DNA of 60,550 nucleotides, filler included, from Basidiobolus ranarum (Eukaryota): NCBI GenBank assembly GCA_040143965.1. It is 15 parts of 15 records of this genome, joined end to end, with 100 filler letters (N's around TTAATTAATTAA, not from the genome) between each part and the next. Parts side by side here need not be neighbours in the genome. Positions count along the whole stretch, not along the records: positions 24,324 to 28,271 come from JASJQH010002201.1; positions 28,372 to 32,316 come from JASJQH010002202.1; positions 32,417 to 36,356 come from JASJQH010002203.1; positions 36,457 to 40,392 come from JASJQH010002204.1; 11 more parts are not named here. One strand, written 5' to 3'. Each line of letters begins with the position of its first letter. Positions within the stretch are counted from its first letter, which is position 1. A program made the position numbers and the translations under genes. Of the stretch, positions 24,472-37,553 are shown piece after piece. Below the pieces are notes generated by a model. That model worked only from the letters and a program-made list of their open reading frames with translations, ran no database searches and was not told the origin of the DNA.

Positions 24472-24830
24472 TTATTCCAATTTAGCTTTAGCAGAGTAGG
24501 CTACCATCAGATTCTTGTAATCAGGAATATACTGCCATCAGCAAAATTCCTCCAGTCGCGAGCCAATTCGCACACGGTTGAGAAAAAGTTCATTGGTTGA
24601 ACACCAGCTTGGACCATTCGGGCTAAAACAAGATCACGAACTCCTTGGTTGAATGTTCCAGAGGCATCAACTACTGCAAACACATAACCCTCTTGCACCG
24701 CTGAAAGAGCTGGGAATGCCACACAAACATCTGTAACAATTCCCGCCATCACTATTTGCTTTCTACCAGTCGCTTTGATTGCTTGGACCACTTCAGCATT
24801 ATCGGCGGATGAACTAATTTGGGAATTCAG
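24472..24830 (-). pseudogene. ycaC: YcaC-like isochorismatase-family hydrolase fragment (C-terminal half only)
   Basis: DNAEVVQAIKATGRKQIVMAGIVTDVCVAFPALSAVQEGY-VFAVVDASGTF..ELARDWRN, then a frameshift into IPDYKNLM..*. The N-terminal half is absent. Confidence 0.85.
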
Positions 24831-25477
24831 TAGTAAGCTAATCGCCTTTGTCAACAAGTTAACTTAAGAGACCGAAGTGACTTGTTTAGCATTGCTAATA
24901 TTTTAGACTCTCACTTCACTACTTGACATAAGAACAATGTAACAGCTAGTTGATGTTTCAATTTCTTGGATTGTTGCTAATCAAATTTCCCTTTCTATAC
25001 TATCATCGCACTCATAACCGCATCTAAATATTCTCGGAATATTAGTTTATAGTAACTTGAATAATAACGTCCACTACATTCATTGGAGATATATATAGTT
25101 GCCAATAGATCAAGTGTTTCAATTCACAAATACCTCTTGCAGTGTGAACCTTTCGATAACAGTTTGAGCTTTATTATGTATATATGCATATTCGTGGGCT
25201 TTAACTTCAACTGAAATCCACTTGGGCCATGTAGTAAATTCCAACGTTGTTTCAATCATTACAGCCTGCCAAGTTATTTCCCTTCCCACTCTCTCCTGCA
25301 TCATAGTACTAGCTCCATCTCAATATTTTATAACTCTCATTTATGGCTCAACTCATACACAAATTCCTTTGACTATCAACTTTTGGATTATTGATTGTAC
25401 TTTGAGTAGAAAATACCTGTGTTCATGCTTGTGACTATTAGGAAATCAGAATTTATGTAATGTAGGGGATTTTCAAG

Positions 25478-25580
25478 GCTATAAATGACAGCTTTCTACT
25501 CAATTAATCAACAAGTGAAAACCACCAATTTCTCTATTCTCTCTAAACCACTTCCAAGAAGCTCCCAAAATACTTTAATA
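25478..25580 (+). repeat. Partial LTR, family A
   Basis: Matches 8115-8212 (ctataaatg..ctttctactcaat..ccacttccaa..aatactttaa). Confidence 0.75.
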
Positions 25581-26005
25581 AATTCTGGATAGTTAGTTAC
25601 TCTATGTAGCTTTTTGGAGCTCAGGAAGACTAGTAATGTCATTGGGCATGAGGTACAAGAGGTAAAGTAAACACACAACTTTTCATATCAATTGACCAAC
25701 ACAAAATCAGAAATACAACTATACTGCTTGTGTTTGACAAGGTAAAAGGAAAATGCAGTATTCCTGTGCATGCGTAGCTTTTTACACAGATATCATTGAT
25801 CACAACCTGAAAGATTTTGATCTAGACTCATTCTCTCTTAGCACAATACATGACACTGTCAGTAATATCTTGCCTAATAAATCAGGATTGTTCCATATGT
25901 TGTTTATATGTTGAGAAGCAGAATGAGTCATAAGACATCTAACATATTTTTATGGACAAGCAATGAAAATCTTAGTGGAATTAAGTACCTCATGGGCTGT
26001 CTTCT

Positions 26006-26439
26006 TGTTAAAGTATTTGGAAGCCTGTTGGAAGTGGTTAGGATAATTAGAGAATTTGGTGATATTCACTTATTGATTTGCTGAGTAGAAAGTGGACATT
26101 CATAGTTTTGTGAAAATGAAAATAAGCTAACATGCAGAACATGTTAAGGAAGATCCCAAGAACATGTGTGCAAAGTCTGGGGCTTTTTTGAAGAATCAAT
26201 ACGTAGGAGAACTCCAAAGTAGAATGTATTAAGGAAGGTCCTAGGAACATGTATGCAAAGCTTGGGGCTTCTAGCACAAGCTTGAAAAATCTATATATCT
26301 GAGAACTTTTTAAGTTTGTAAAAATATTCAAAGTCAATTCCTCATAAGAATAATAGGTAATATCTTAGTGAAATATAGGATTACTAAATACTAAGCTATA
26401 TATGACTATACATATGCTTAGGCAATGCTAATCTCAACT
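26006..26439 (-). repeat. LTR family A copy with an internal duplication
   Basis: Homologous to 41265-41612 and 46911-47247. The aaggaagg/atcc..gaacatgt..gcaaag segment is present twice. Confidence 0.8.
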
Positions 26440-26499
26440 CTCTCTCCAACTAAGTGGTGATATCACCTAATCTTTAGGAAGGTCTAAGTTTCTTAAATT

Positions 26500-28271
26500 T
26501 CTGCCTAGCTAATAAGTTAAGATTTGTCTCAATTAGGATAGATACTGGACAACATTCTTCTATCTTCAACTTTTTAAGTATATTTGGGATATACTTAGAC
26601 TGGCTTAACATCATTATTCAGGTAGTTCTATCTATTGTATTTTGGATTCCAAGGTAGTATATTAGTTCACCAATATCAGTCATTTCAAATTTGATAGATA
26701 AGCTAGATTTGATTATCTCCAAAGTCTTTAAGTCATTGTCTGCTATAATAAGGTCATTTGCATAGAAGGCTAACATAGCTAGGTTTGTCTTATCTGGCCT
26801 GAAGTAGATATTATAGTCAGCATTGCTCTTTTGGAATTTTAGTGTTTCCAAAAAGTGCCTATCATGCTATTCCAAGATCTCAGAGATTGTTTTAAGCCAT
26901 AGAGTGTTTCTGGAGTCTGAAAGCTTTTTAGAGTTTTCTGGGCCCTCAAATACATCTGGCTGTTACATACAGATCTCCTCAGCAAGCCCACCATTCAAAA
27001 GTTAGTCTCAACATTCATTTGATGCAATATAAACCAATGTTTAGCTGAAATTGCTAAAATCAATCTAAATATATTTAACTTTGCTACAGGAGCAAAAGTT
27101 TCTATACAATCTATTCCTGGTGTTTTTAAGTATTCTTTGGCTACTAGCCTAGCCTTGTACCTTTCTATATTCCCATCAGAGTTATATTTAACTTCAAACA
27201 AGCATTGGCAGCCAATTGATATTCTATCATCAGGTAATTTGGTTCAAAATCCAAGTTTGATTAGCTATCAAAGCCTATTACACATCAGCCATTGCAGATC
27301 TCCAATGGTTTGTGTGAAGGCCATTAAAGGCCTCTTTTACAATGTGAGGCTCATGTATTTAAGCTGTGCAGGCATAGGCCCAATTTTGGAACTCTCTGAA
27401 GTATTAATCATGGCTATTTCTGATCCAATTTGATATACTGGTTTGGGTTAAAGATATTACAACTTCTGTCATTGTATTGGGCACTTCAGTAGGCTGAATT
27501 TTGGCTGAAAGGTTCACAGGAATGCCATTTTCTTCATTTTTTTGGCTTGAATCAATTTCAATGATTGGATCAGGAGAAAATTGATTTTTGTCCATATCTG
27601 AGGTTATTTTGGGTGAAGATATTTCATTTTCATGAAATAAAACATTCCTGAACTTGATTAACTTTGAAATTTTGGTATCATAGAGTCTGTAGACCTCAGT
27701 TTGAGTGCAATAGCCCAGAAACATTCATTTCTTATTTATTGGATCAAATTTAGACCAATTTTGGTCATAATTTTAACATAAGCAATGCATCCAAAGATTC
27801 TCAAATGTTTCACATAAGGTGTTACTTCAAACTAAACTTGATATGGTGTGTAGTTAGACAGACTTCTAGTAAAATCCCCATTCTCCAGATATACAGCTGT
27901 AGCAACTGATTACATCCAAAGATTATTTTACATAGTGTAAATATATCTGAGTGAGTTAGATCCAATTTTTTGACAGATTTGAATCAACCAGAGCTCTTGA
28001 ATGGTTGCCTGATTTACTTTCCATATTTACAACCCTCACCAATTTCCATTTTGGTTGAGGGTCAATATGAATTCCTGAAATTAGGCAATTTTTGATCATT
28101 TTGCTCAAATAATCAAATCCAATATGGCCAATTCTCCTATGCTATAATTGAACAGTGTCTTGATTGGAATAACTTATATTTAAATAAAAGCCCCTTGGAT
28201 TATACAGTCCACTTGGCATCATTTCAAAACTTTGCCAAACAACTGAATAAGTTTGTATAGTTACTGTACTT
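26500..28271 (-). mobile_element. Ty1/copia integrase-RT remnant
   Basis: MFLGYC..YRLYD, GNIERYKARLVAKEY..ETFAPVAK..HQMNVET, FYANDLII, FEMTDIGELIYYLGI. Confidence 0.9.
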
Positions 28272-28371
28272 NNNNNNNNNNNNNNNNNNNNNNNNNNNNN
28301 NNNNNNNNNNNNNNNTTAATTAATTAANNNNNNNNNNNNNNNNNNNNNNNNNNNNNNNNNNNNNNNNNNNN

Positions 28372-30580
28372 AGTGATATTTGACTAAATAATGTTGACTA
28401 ACTAATATGTGATATATGAAATAGTTAGGTGTATAAAGATAGGGATAACATATATGATAAAGACAATAAACTTCAACACTATTAGCACATTTTGCATCTC
28501 CATTTTGTGGTAGAATATAAGCTACAGTAATTTGTTGCTTATTCCATATTTTGAACAAAAACTAGCAAAGTTTTCAGAGTGGTATTTGCCACCTTGATCA
28601 CTCCTTACTACCCTTTTTGTTGTGCTGATTCCTTCTCTACCATTTCTTTGTAGTGCTTGAACAAGGCCTAAGCTTAAGATTTTGATTTGAGCAAGAATAC
28701 CCAAGTATATCTTGTTTTGCAATCAATGATGTTTGTAAAGTACCTTTTGCCACCTAGTGAGACATTTATCCTGGGGCCACACAGGTCCATATGAATCAGG
28801 GCATAATTCTGAGTGAATTAGATTTCCCCAGAGCTTGTAAATGGCTGTCTGTGATGTTTCCCCTGTATACAATCTTTGCACAGATCCATTTTAGTGATAT
28901 TGTCAATTTCTAAGCCTGCAACAAGCTGAGTTTGGATTATTTAAGTCAGCTTTGGTTCCCCAATGTGGCCTATTCTTCTGTGCCCTGTTTAACAGCTTAT
29001 TTCACTGGTTTTAGCCCAGTTTGCATGCTCAGAATGCAATTAATTGATTTCTAGCTTGTATAAGTTTTATGATTTAATCCCAGTGGCTAATTTAGTATTA
29101 TTCTAATCTGTGATAGTGCATCCAACCTTGCTGAACACAAATTTAGTTCTTGAGTTGTTGCTTGCCTTACTGAGAGTAGATTCTCAGCTATATTTGGTAC
29201 ATAGAGCTCCTCATCTAATCTGGCAGATGGTATAGCGGAATTTTAGTCTAAATTGAGTACAACTGTGCCTTTACCAACTGCATCTAGTGCAAAGTCATCA
29301 CCAAAGTAGACTTTCCTTGTTTGGATTGGTTTTAAGCAGGAAAACCAATCTTTCTTGTTTGATATATGTTGGGAGGCTCCTGAAGCAATGTACCATGTTT
29401 TGAAGCCTTCTTTAGTGGTTACCTGTAGGGCAGACACAAATAGATGATCCCAAGCAGTGCCTATTTGGTTTGCCTGTCCCAACTTTAGCTTTTAGGCAAA
29501 AATCCTTTTACTGCAATCTTTAATTAAAAGGCCTAGTTTGTTGCAATACTTGCAGATAGTTGGTTTCCTATTAGTGACACCATTATTGTAGCCTGTTGGA
29601 CATTTTACAGCCCCACAACATGCCAGAACTACATGATATTGCATAGAATTTGATCTCTTAATTCCTCATTCAAAAGCCTAGCACCAACATATTGCATTGT
29701 AAGTGGCTCTAATCTTGATTCTAGAGCAATTGTGAGGTTTGCAAATTTGTCTGGCTGGTTCCCAAGTAGTGTCATGACTAATTCATCCTCATTTAGAGGA
29801 GCTCTAATGGCTGAGAGTTGGTCTGCCGTAGTTTATATCTGATTTACAGGATTTCCATTAGTATCATCAGAATCCATCTGAATTGAGAAATATTTTGCCA
29901 AAGATATAGCCTATTGGCTAGACTTTTTGTCTCATAGAGTCCCTCAAGAGTTTCCCAAGCAGTATAGATATGTTGGCTGAATATATATGTCTCAACTGAG
30001 AGACTCTGAGATGTAGACAAAATGTAGAGAGTGCTTTCCTCTGCATTTTGTACAAGGCAAGGATAGCTTCTGATGGTCCCTTTGGCAATATTTCTTCTCC
30101 AGTAACCAAACCCCAAATGTCCCTGTCTTCTGGCACCATTTATATCTTGAACTTCCAAAGGTCAAAGTGTGCAACATAAAACTTATCTGTGGATGCAAAA
30201 ACATTGATATTAGTAATGGTAGACATTCTATTAACAGCTAGCTTGGGGCACACACTTAGTAAAAGTGATGAGAGGATTTGGAAGTTTTTGGACAAGATTT
30301 GGAATTGTGAATTTGACACTTTAGTTTTATTGAATTGAATATGCACTAGTTATAGTTTACTATGAAGTAGAACTATGAGGGATGCTTAGATCATAACAAA
30401 CATGTGTGTAAAGCATGGGCAAATATTTGAGGTGATTTGGAGAAGTTTTGAGAGAATAGTGAGATTTAGTTGATGTGTTCTTATTGATATTTCTATTTAT
30501 CAAAGCAATAAATGCACATTCTTGAATGGCAGAATTGAGCACCCAAAATTTGGAATATGAATTAACCAACTACTCATTAG
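28372..30580 (-). mobile_element. Ty1/copia family B remnant (partial LTR ~30255-30580, gag, protease, integrase) interrupted by LTR family C (28372-28478)
   Basis: Reverse complement is homologous to 21445-23600: WYIASGASQHI, RSDQGGKY, PQNGDAK. Confidence 0.88.
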
Positions 30581-31314
30581 TGAGCTTCTATTGACTCAAT
30601 TTCAACTGTTTCAGCAAAAAGCAATGTCCAATAAGTATGTAGCACTCCTAGATATTAAAACAGAAGTTGATAGTCCTTCAGCATTGAGCAGATAGCCCTT
30701 AGCAATGTAAGCTGCAATTCAATAATTTCAGGATAAAAATTAATAGTTTCATGTCTTACAACATTGGGAATGATTGCTAAAAGTTCAAAATGGATCTATG
30801 AAATTAGATACTCAGCTTAAGGTATCATGTGCAGACACATGACTAGATGAGAATTGTGATCATTAAGTCTAAATATATCTTTGACATCCTGAGACATTTC
30901 AAAAAGACTGGCAGGTCTCTTTATTAATACAGTTACCAGCTACAGTGTAACTAGGAAGGACTTGATTATCTCAAATAAGTACTGACAGGTTAGTGTAAAA
31001 TGTCAAATACTCTACATCTGTTTTCCTTGCTTTGTCCACATAGGCAAGATATTTTGACATATCCTTGGATACATTGCAACTAGCACATGCTTGTTTCAGA
31101 GCTTGTGGCTGAGTTCATAGTTCTATTTGATTAAATATACACCTTTGGCTTATCATTTCCAAAGAAACCTGAAGCCAATATACTCTTCTACCAGGTGTCA
31201 GAATATTTTTCAGCAGAAAACTAAACATTGCATAGTGGTTTATCAATCCTTGGTCATGAAGAAATAAATCTAACCTGTAGGTAAGCCTTTCTCTATATAT
31301 ATGGAGCTTGGACT

Positions 31315-32316
31315 TGTTGAAATTAGGTAAATGGCAACTCATTATTTGTTAGTTAGTTTATTCATGTTCTGATTATTTAGCACTCAATTCTGTCATTCAA
31401 AAAAGCATGTGTATTGCTCTAATTGATAGAAATATCAATTAGATCACTTTTACCAATTTTCACTATTTGCTCAAAACTTCTCCGAATCACCTCAAATTTT
31501 CACCCATGCTTAATAGGCATGTTTGTTATGATCTAAGCACATCCAATGGTTAGATTTTATAGTAAACTATAAACAGGACATATTCAATTCAATAAAACTT
31601 AAGTGTCTAACTCACAAATCCAAATCTTGTCCAAAACACTTCCAAATACCCTAAACACTTTTATCAGGTTATGAGCCCCAAGCTAGCTGTTAAAGGAATG
31701 TCTACAAGAACTATTACCAATGTTTTTGCATCCACAGAGAAGTTTGATGAGGAAGACTTTCACCTGTGGAAGTTCAAGATGCAAATGGTGCTAGATGACA
31801 AGGACCTTTGGGGATTTGTTACAGGAGAAGAAATTGAGCCAAAGTGACCACCAGAAGCTATCCTTGCCTTTTACAAGAAGCAGAGGAAAGCACTCTCTAC
31901 ACTTTGTCTACATCACAGAAGTTCTCAATTGAGGCACATACAATCAGCCAAAAGCATACAAAATGCTTAGGAAACACTCCAGGGACTATATGAGACTAAA
32001 AGTCTGGCTAATAGGCTATATCTTAGTTGAAAATTGTTCTCACTTCAGAAGAATCCTGGTGACTCTATGCTTAATCATATAAATTGGATAAAAACTATGG
32101 CAGATCAGCTCTCATCCATTGGAGCACCCCTAAATCAAGATGCCTTAGTCATGACACTACTTGGGAGCCTGTCAGACTAGTTTGGGAACCTCATAATTGC
32201 CCTAGAATAAAGATCAGAGCTATTAACAATGGAATATGTTGGTGCTAGGCTTTTGAATGAAGAATTAAGGAGATCAAATTCTCAGCAAAATTATGCTGAA
32301 CAGGCATTTTTTGGAG
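31315..32316 (+). mobile_element. Ty1/copia family B: full 352-bp LTR (31315-31666), PBS and decayed gag
   Basis: Close copy of 21445-22440, with PBS GGTTATGAGCCCC at 31667. Confidence 0.93.
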
Positions 32317-32742
32317 NNNNNNNNNNNNNNNNNNNNNNNNNNNNNNNNNNNNNNNNNNNNTTAATTAATTAANNNNNNNNNNNNNNNNNNNNNNNNNNNN
32401 NNNNNNNNNNNNNNNNTTGTTTTATATTATTTCACCTGAATTTTCCCAGAAATACGGCTGCTCTTCCTAAATGTACCATCAACCTGCATATGTATATATA
32501 AATTACTCATTTAAAATAGAAGACCTGTGAATGTTTGTGCTAGGACTGTTGGTGACTGTTAAATTCACTACTTCTACGTGGGAAATTGATTGCAATAGCT
32601 TCAACCTTAAAATTCACTGTGGACAAACTCAAGACACCCTGTTCCTCTTTTCATTTACTCTCACCACTCCCCTCTTCACCCTTCCCTATATTGGACCCTT
32701 GACTTGGCTTCTTTTCAGCTTAATAAATATCTCTTTTGTGTA

Positions 32743-34403
32743 ATGTCTACTGCTTCATATGAAAACGAGCAACTTCGTAAGTTTTTTTCAAAAGAGTGAA
32801 TGTCCACCTACTAGAATGAGCATAAACTTTTGGGTGGATGTCAAGAAGTATGAATTAAAGAGCGGATTTTAAAAAATTTATATCCTTATAGAATTTACTA
32901 CGACTACTTTCGCATGGAAGAGTTTTCTTGCTGGTACATTTGGAGGTATTTCTTTATGTCTTCACTTCTGTTTGGTCTTTTCAACTTGTCTGAACTCTCT
33001 GTTCATCTAGGTTGTGCTGGGTTGATAGTTGGTCATCCTTTGGGTAAACTTAGAATTTGATATATTCCCAAGCAGATATATAACTTAGCCTGTCTTTGGC
33101 ATATGTATATATTGTATATATTTTCGCAAATACTTACTATCTCTTTGACATATTCATTGTTGAACGTACCCTTAGATACTGGTATGTGATAGTTCAAAGG
33201 TGTAAGAGCATCGTTCCATTGTTAATTCATTATTTTATAATAATAGTTAAAGTTCGGCTTCAAACGCAAACAAAAGCTCATTCGGTTTATAGAGGAACTG
33301 CTCACTGTTTTACTTCCATTGTTAAATATGAAGGGGTAACGTGGTTATACTCTATACTTCTTCATCAAAGCAGCGTAGCTAAACATCAATTGTACATTTA
33401 TCTAGGTCAGAGGATTATTTAAAGGAATGGTATGTCCTATAAAGTCAATTGCGAAAGCTTTGAGATTGTTACTAATTATAATCTATTTAACAGTCATCAC
33501 CTATGGTATGTTATTGACGTAGAGAGCATCAGGATACAAGAGTATAAAAACTGATGGAAGAAATGAAACCAACACAATACAATCACTAATTCTTGGTATT
33601 AGGCTGGTGTAGCTTTGGTGAATGCTTTGGCATTTGGTGTGTATGAATCAGCGTTGAATTTCCAGATGCATGGGTCTGAAGCAGACGCCACGCTCAAACA
33701 AATGTTTGTGGCAGGAATTGTAACTGGTACAGTCAATAGGTAAAGAAGCAAACATTAACAGAATTATCTACAAATCTTGTGATTAAAAAAGTATGATATA
33801 GTTTTGTAAGCTGCCCTATGGAACTAGCCAAGATTCGACTACAAAATCAAGGGCCTGAACAGTTGAAATCCGGAAATTATTACAAAGGTCCAATGGACTG
33901 TTTCCTAAAGACCTATAGGGCAGGTGGTATAGCTGCTTGTTATCGTGGCCTGTGGCCCACCATTCTACGTGAACTCAGCTTTGGGCCATATTTTGTTTCT
34001 TACGAAATATTGTGCAGAATGGTAACTCCGCCTGGTAAAACAACAGCTGATGTGAGTGGCCTCGGGCTGATTGTTGCCGGTGGTTTTGCTGGTATCTGCG
34101 CCTGGGTATCGACATATCCCTTTGGTAATGTTTATTATTGAAACTTCCCACTCGAGTAAATTCTCACACTTTAATTCAATAGATGTGGTCAAAACGAAAA
34201 TCCAAGCTGACTTGGTTGGTAGTGGACAACCTCGTTATCGCGGGGTAATAGATTGTATGGTAAAGTGCTATCGAGAGGAAGGAATTTCCATTCTTTTCCG
34301 AGGTATGAATGCTACTATACTCCGAGCATTTCCGTTGAATGCTGCAACGTTCTTCATCTACACACAGAGTATGAGAATGCTTAATAGTGACCAGGATGCT
34401 TAG
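32743..34403 (+). CDS. Mitochondrial carrier (SLC25; carnitine/basic amino-acid carrier-like), multi-exon
   Basis: Spliced reading gives [37 protein letters not shown] and YPFDVVKTKIQ, i.e. three PX[DE]XX[KR]X[KR] signatures, plus ILRAFPLNAATF. Canonical GT-AG introns. Confidence 0.92.
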
Positions 34404-35240
34404 AAATAATGAATATATAGGTATCTCTTGCAAAACATCAGTTCAATCTCTAGATTCAGCTACCCATTAAATTTTAAGAATTTATTTATATCTCATAATT
34501 ATGCCCCTCTTCGTCAAAGATATTTTCCCTCTAATCCCCTTTTCGTTAGTGCACCATCCCCTCCTCCGAGCTTCTACGCTTATTCTTCATACCCGTTTTG
34601 TATATATAAAAATTATGAAACAAGTTACCAGGATTTTCTCAAAATATCAACTAGCATGAGCAATTTACGAGTTGTTAGATAATTAAGAGAATCAGTCCAA
34701 CTGTCATTGTAATCATTTCGGTAGCATAAATTGAACATCAAGTACATTTCATTAATTGTTGGTAGTAAATCGGAGTTCAGTAAACTACACTCCTAGATAT
34801 ATGGAGCGAATATTCATTTTCAGAAAGGCCGAGAGTAACTTGAGTTTCGGTGAAGTATATTATGGGCAGAAATAAAAGAGTCAAGGCCGGCATGGGCTTG
34901 TAATAGCGATATATACTCCTACTCGATGGAATACTCGGATGCACTAGTATCTAAAAGAGATTAATCTGATTACGCAATATTTTCCATACTCCTCTCAAGT
35001 ACCATAGATAAGAAGCAGTGTATATATTCTAGAAATAGTATTAAGACTGGAGAAAGATGTGTCAACAGATCATTTTTCAATCTGGTTTGAGATAACAGGT
35101 GAGGTCTTTAACAAGACAATCCTTTCATAAGATGTATTTGATACAATTTTTATTATTACTATTATATGGAAGTCACAAAGGAAAGGAGTAAATCAATGTG
35201 TATAAAACTACAGAAGCTCAAGAAGAGTTATGAGAAGCTC

Positions 35241-36356
35241 TTAATGCTCCAGATCATCCCATCCACGGCCTTTCACCTCTGACAATTTCTGTGCAGTAGG
35301 GATTTCACCGGTGGTGAAATATCCCGAGGCGATTTTCGCATCAATTTCAACTCTTGAATCAGGTGGAACAAGTTCATCTGGAATTGGCACTCTTTCCAAG
35401 ATTTTGATTCCAGCATTAACGATCGCGTCGTACTTCATATTTGACATGGACATCATACGGTCAATCTTGGTTATTCCCAACCAATGTAACACGTCTGGCA
35501 TCAAAGCTTGGAATCTCATATCTTTAACTCCAGCAATGCACTCTGTACGTAGGAAATAGTTGTCCGCAGTATCACCTCCCTCTTGTCTCTTACGTGCGTT
35601 GTAGACGAGATATTTGGTCACTTCTCCAAGCGCACGCCCTTCTTTGCGGAAGTATACAATTACTCCTGAGCCACCATTCTGGGCCTCCTTTACCGCTTCC
35701 TCAATACCATAGATTAAGTATGGTCTACATGTACAAATATCAGATCCGAAAACATCGGATCCGTTACACTCGTCATGAATACGCAAAGTCAATCGTTTCT
35801 CAGGGTTTGAAACATTTTCTGGATCACCAAATATATATACAGTGAGCCCACCAATAGGAGGTAGAAATATCTTCAAATCTGGTCTAGTAATAAGCTCTGG
35901 ATACATTCCTCCAGTGTCTTCAAAAAGTGCACGTCTGAGTGTTCCTTCGTCAATTTCAAATCTTTCGGCAACACCAGGAAGATACCATACAGGCTCCACT
36001 GCGGCTTTGGTTACTCTGAGATCACCCTTATCGTTGATTACAACCTTTTTGTCAACCTTGAACCGATTTTTAGCCACGCTTTCTTCTAGATCTGGAAGCT
36101 TCATGTTTGCTTTGGTGATGGCAATGGTTGGGCGGATATCAATACCATTCTTGAGTTGCTCAGCGTAATCGCGAACGATGGTGTGTCCAAATGGATCAAA
36201 GGAAACGATCTTCTTGGGGTCATACCATTGAGGATGTGGGCCTATATCGGCAGGTGGTTGCGTATTCTGATAATTAGGCAGATGTGCAGGCTCTAGCTCA
36301 CCAATAGCTACTGCCAGGGCACGATATATACAATAGGACCCACCATAGGCGCCAAT
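35241..36356 (-). CDS. URC1: GTP cyclohydrolase II-like uracil catabolism protein (Urc1/Urg1), 5'-truncated
   Basis: IGAYGGSYCIYRALAVA, KIVSFDPFGH, EPVWYLPGVAERF, RIHDECNGSDVFGSDICTCRPYL, EGRALGEVTKYLVYNARK, SMSNMKYDAI. Confidence 0.93.
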   Translation of the reverse strand: MGAYGGSYCIYRALAVAIGELEPAHLPNYQNTQPPADIGPHPQWYDPKKIVSFDPFGHTIVRDYAEQLKNGIDIRPTIAITKANMKLPDLEESVAKNRFKVDKKVVINDKGDLRVTKAAVEPVWYLPGVAERFEIDEGTLRRALFEDTGGMYPELITRPDLKIFLPPIGGLTVYIFGDPENVSNPEKRLTLRIHDECNGSDVFGSDICTCRPYLIYGIEEAVKEAQNGGSGVIVYFRKEGRALGEVTKYLVYNARKRQEGGDTADNYFLRTECIAGVKDMRFQALMPDVLHWLGITKIDRMMSMSNMKYDAIVNAGIKILERVPIPDELVPPDSRVEIDAKIASGYFTTGEIPTAQKLSEVKGRGWDDLEH

Positions 36357-36456
36357 NNNNNNNNNNNNNNNNNNNNNNNNNNNNNNNNNNNNNNNNNNNN
36401 TTAATTAATTAANNNNNNNNNNNNNNNNNNNNNNNNNNNNNNNNNNNNNNNNNNNN

Positions 36457-36570
36457 CATCAAAATCCCTGGCAGAATGCAAGCCAACGATATTGTGACGG
36501 TTCTCTGACGGTTTTGCTATTTCGGAGGGTGGATCCGATCCAGATCAAATCGATTTTATTTTTGTTAGGG
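36457..36570 (-). mobile_element. Opposite end of the CCCTA-terminated DNA element
   Basis: Ends ...GATTTTATTTTTGTTAGGG with TGACGGTT subterminal repeats. The same terminus CCCTAACAAAAATAAAATC occurs at 9479-9497. Confidence 0.55.
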
Positions 36571-37553
36571 GTTAAATCACTCTTCATCAGAGCACGTGAC
36601 AGCAGCTCTGACATTCAGAGTCTTTTGGTTTGCTGGTTTTCCTATGAGATATCTACTTTCATGTGCCTAAGCAATTTTTGGTTATTGTGTAGGCTTAATG
36701 TCCAACACATATTCTGCTCTGCTAGATTGTCATGGTGACATTCATATGTATGGTGTGGGATTGATTGAAATCCGGTATAAGAGTGCACGGAGGGAGCAGC
36801 ATGTTGCTATAGCTCAAGTACAGCATTCTGAAGGTCTTGTATCATTGGACTTGTTCCATTGTGCCAGGATTTATCGGACCTTTGATCAATATATTGGAGT
36901 AAATGTGATTGAAAATGATCATGCCAGAGGGTGATGGATAGTGCCAAATTGTGCCGCATATATTTTAGAATAATTTATCCAATATGATATATACAGCACA
37001 ATCTGGCACTATCACAGAGAACAAGTCCATTCTTTTGAGGATAATTTTGATAACAAATTATGAGATTAAATACAAGATACTTGCGCAGGCGAAATGAGTC
37101 ATCCCGGGATTAATGTGAATGACTTTGGAGTTTCAAGTTCAACTTGATTAATCTCGGATAATTCACATGTATTCCAAGTATGTTCTGATTTGAATATATG
37201 GCTACATACTTAGAATGATACATACCTATCTATATATGTAGTATATATTATATCTGAGTAGTACTACAATTATCAACGGGATCCAAGAACGCATACAAAG
37301 TATATTAACTACTGTATAAGATGTTTAAGAGTCCAATATAATCAGGTATTTCAAGCATATTTCACTAAACCCAGTGCAACTTTATAATATGGATGTATCG
37401 ACTTGAGAGCTGCAATAAATGACTCTAATGGATACTACAGACTATCCACGCCTACCTAATAATACTGAAATAAATATCCAATATTGAATGTAGTAGCTTT
37501 ATTTCGTAGGGGAATTCTGAAGATGAATAGAAGTTTATCGAAATGAAAATAAT

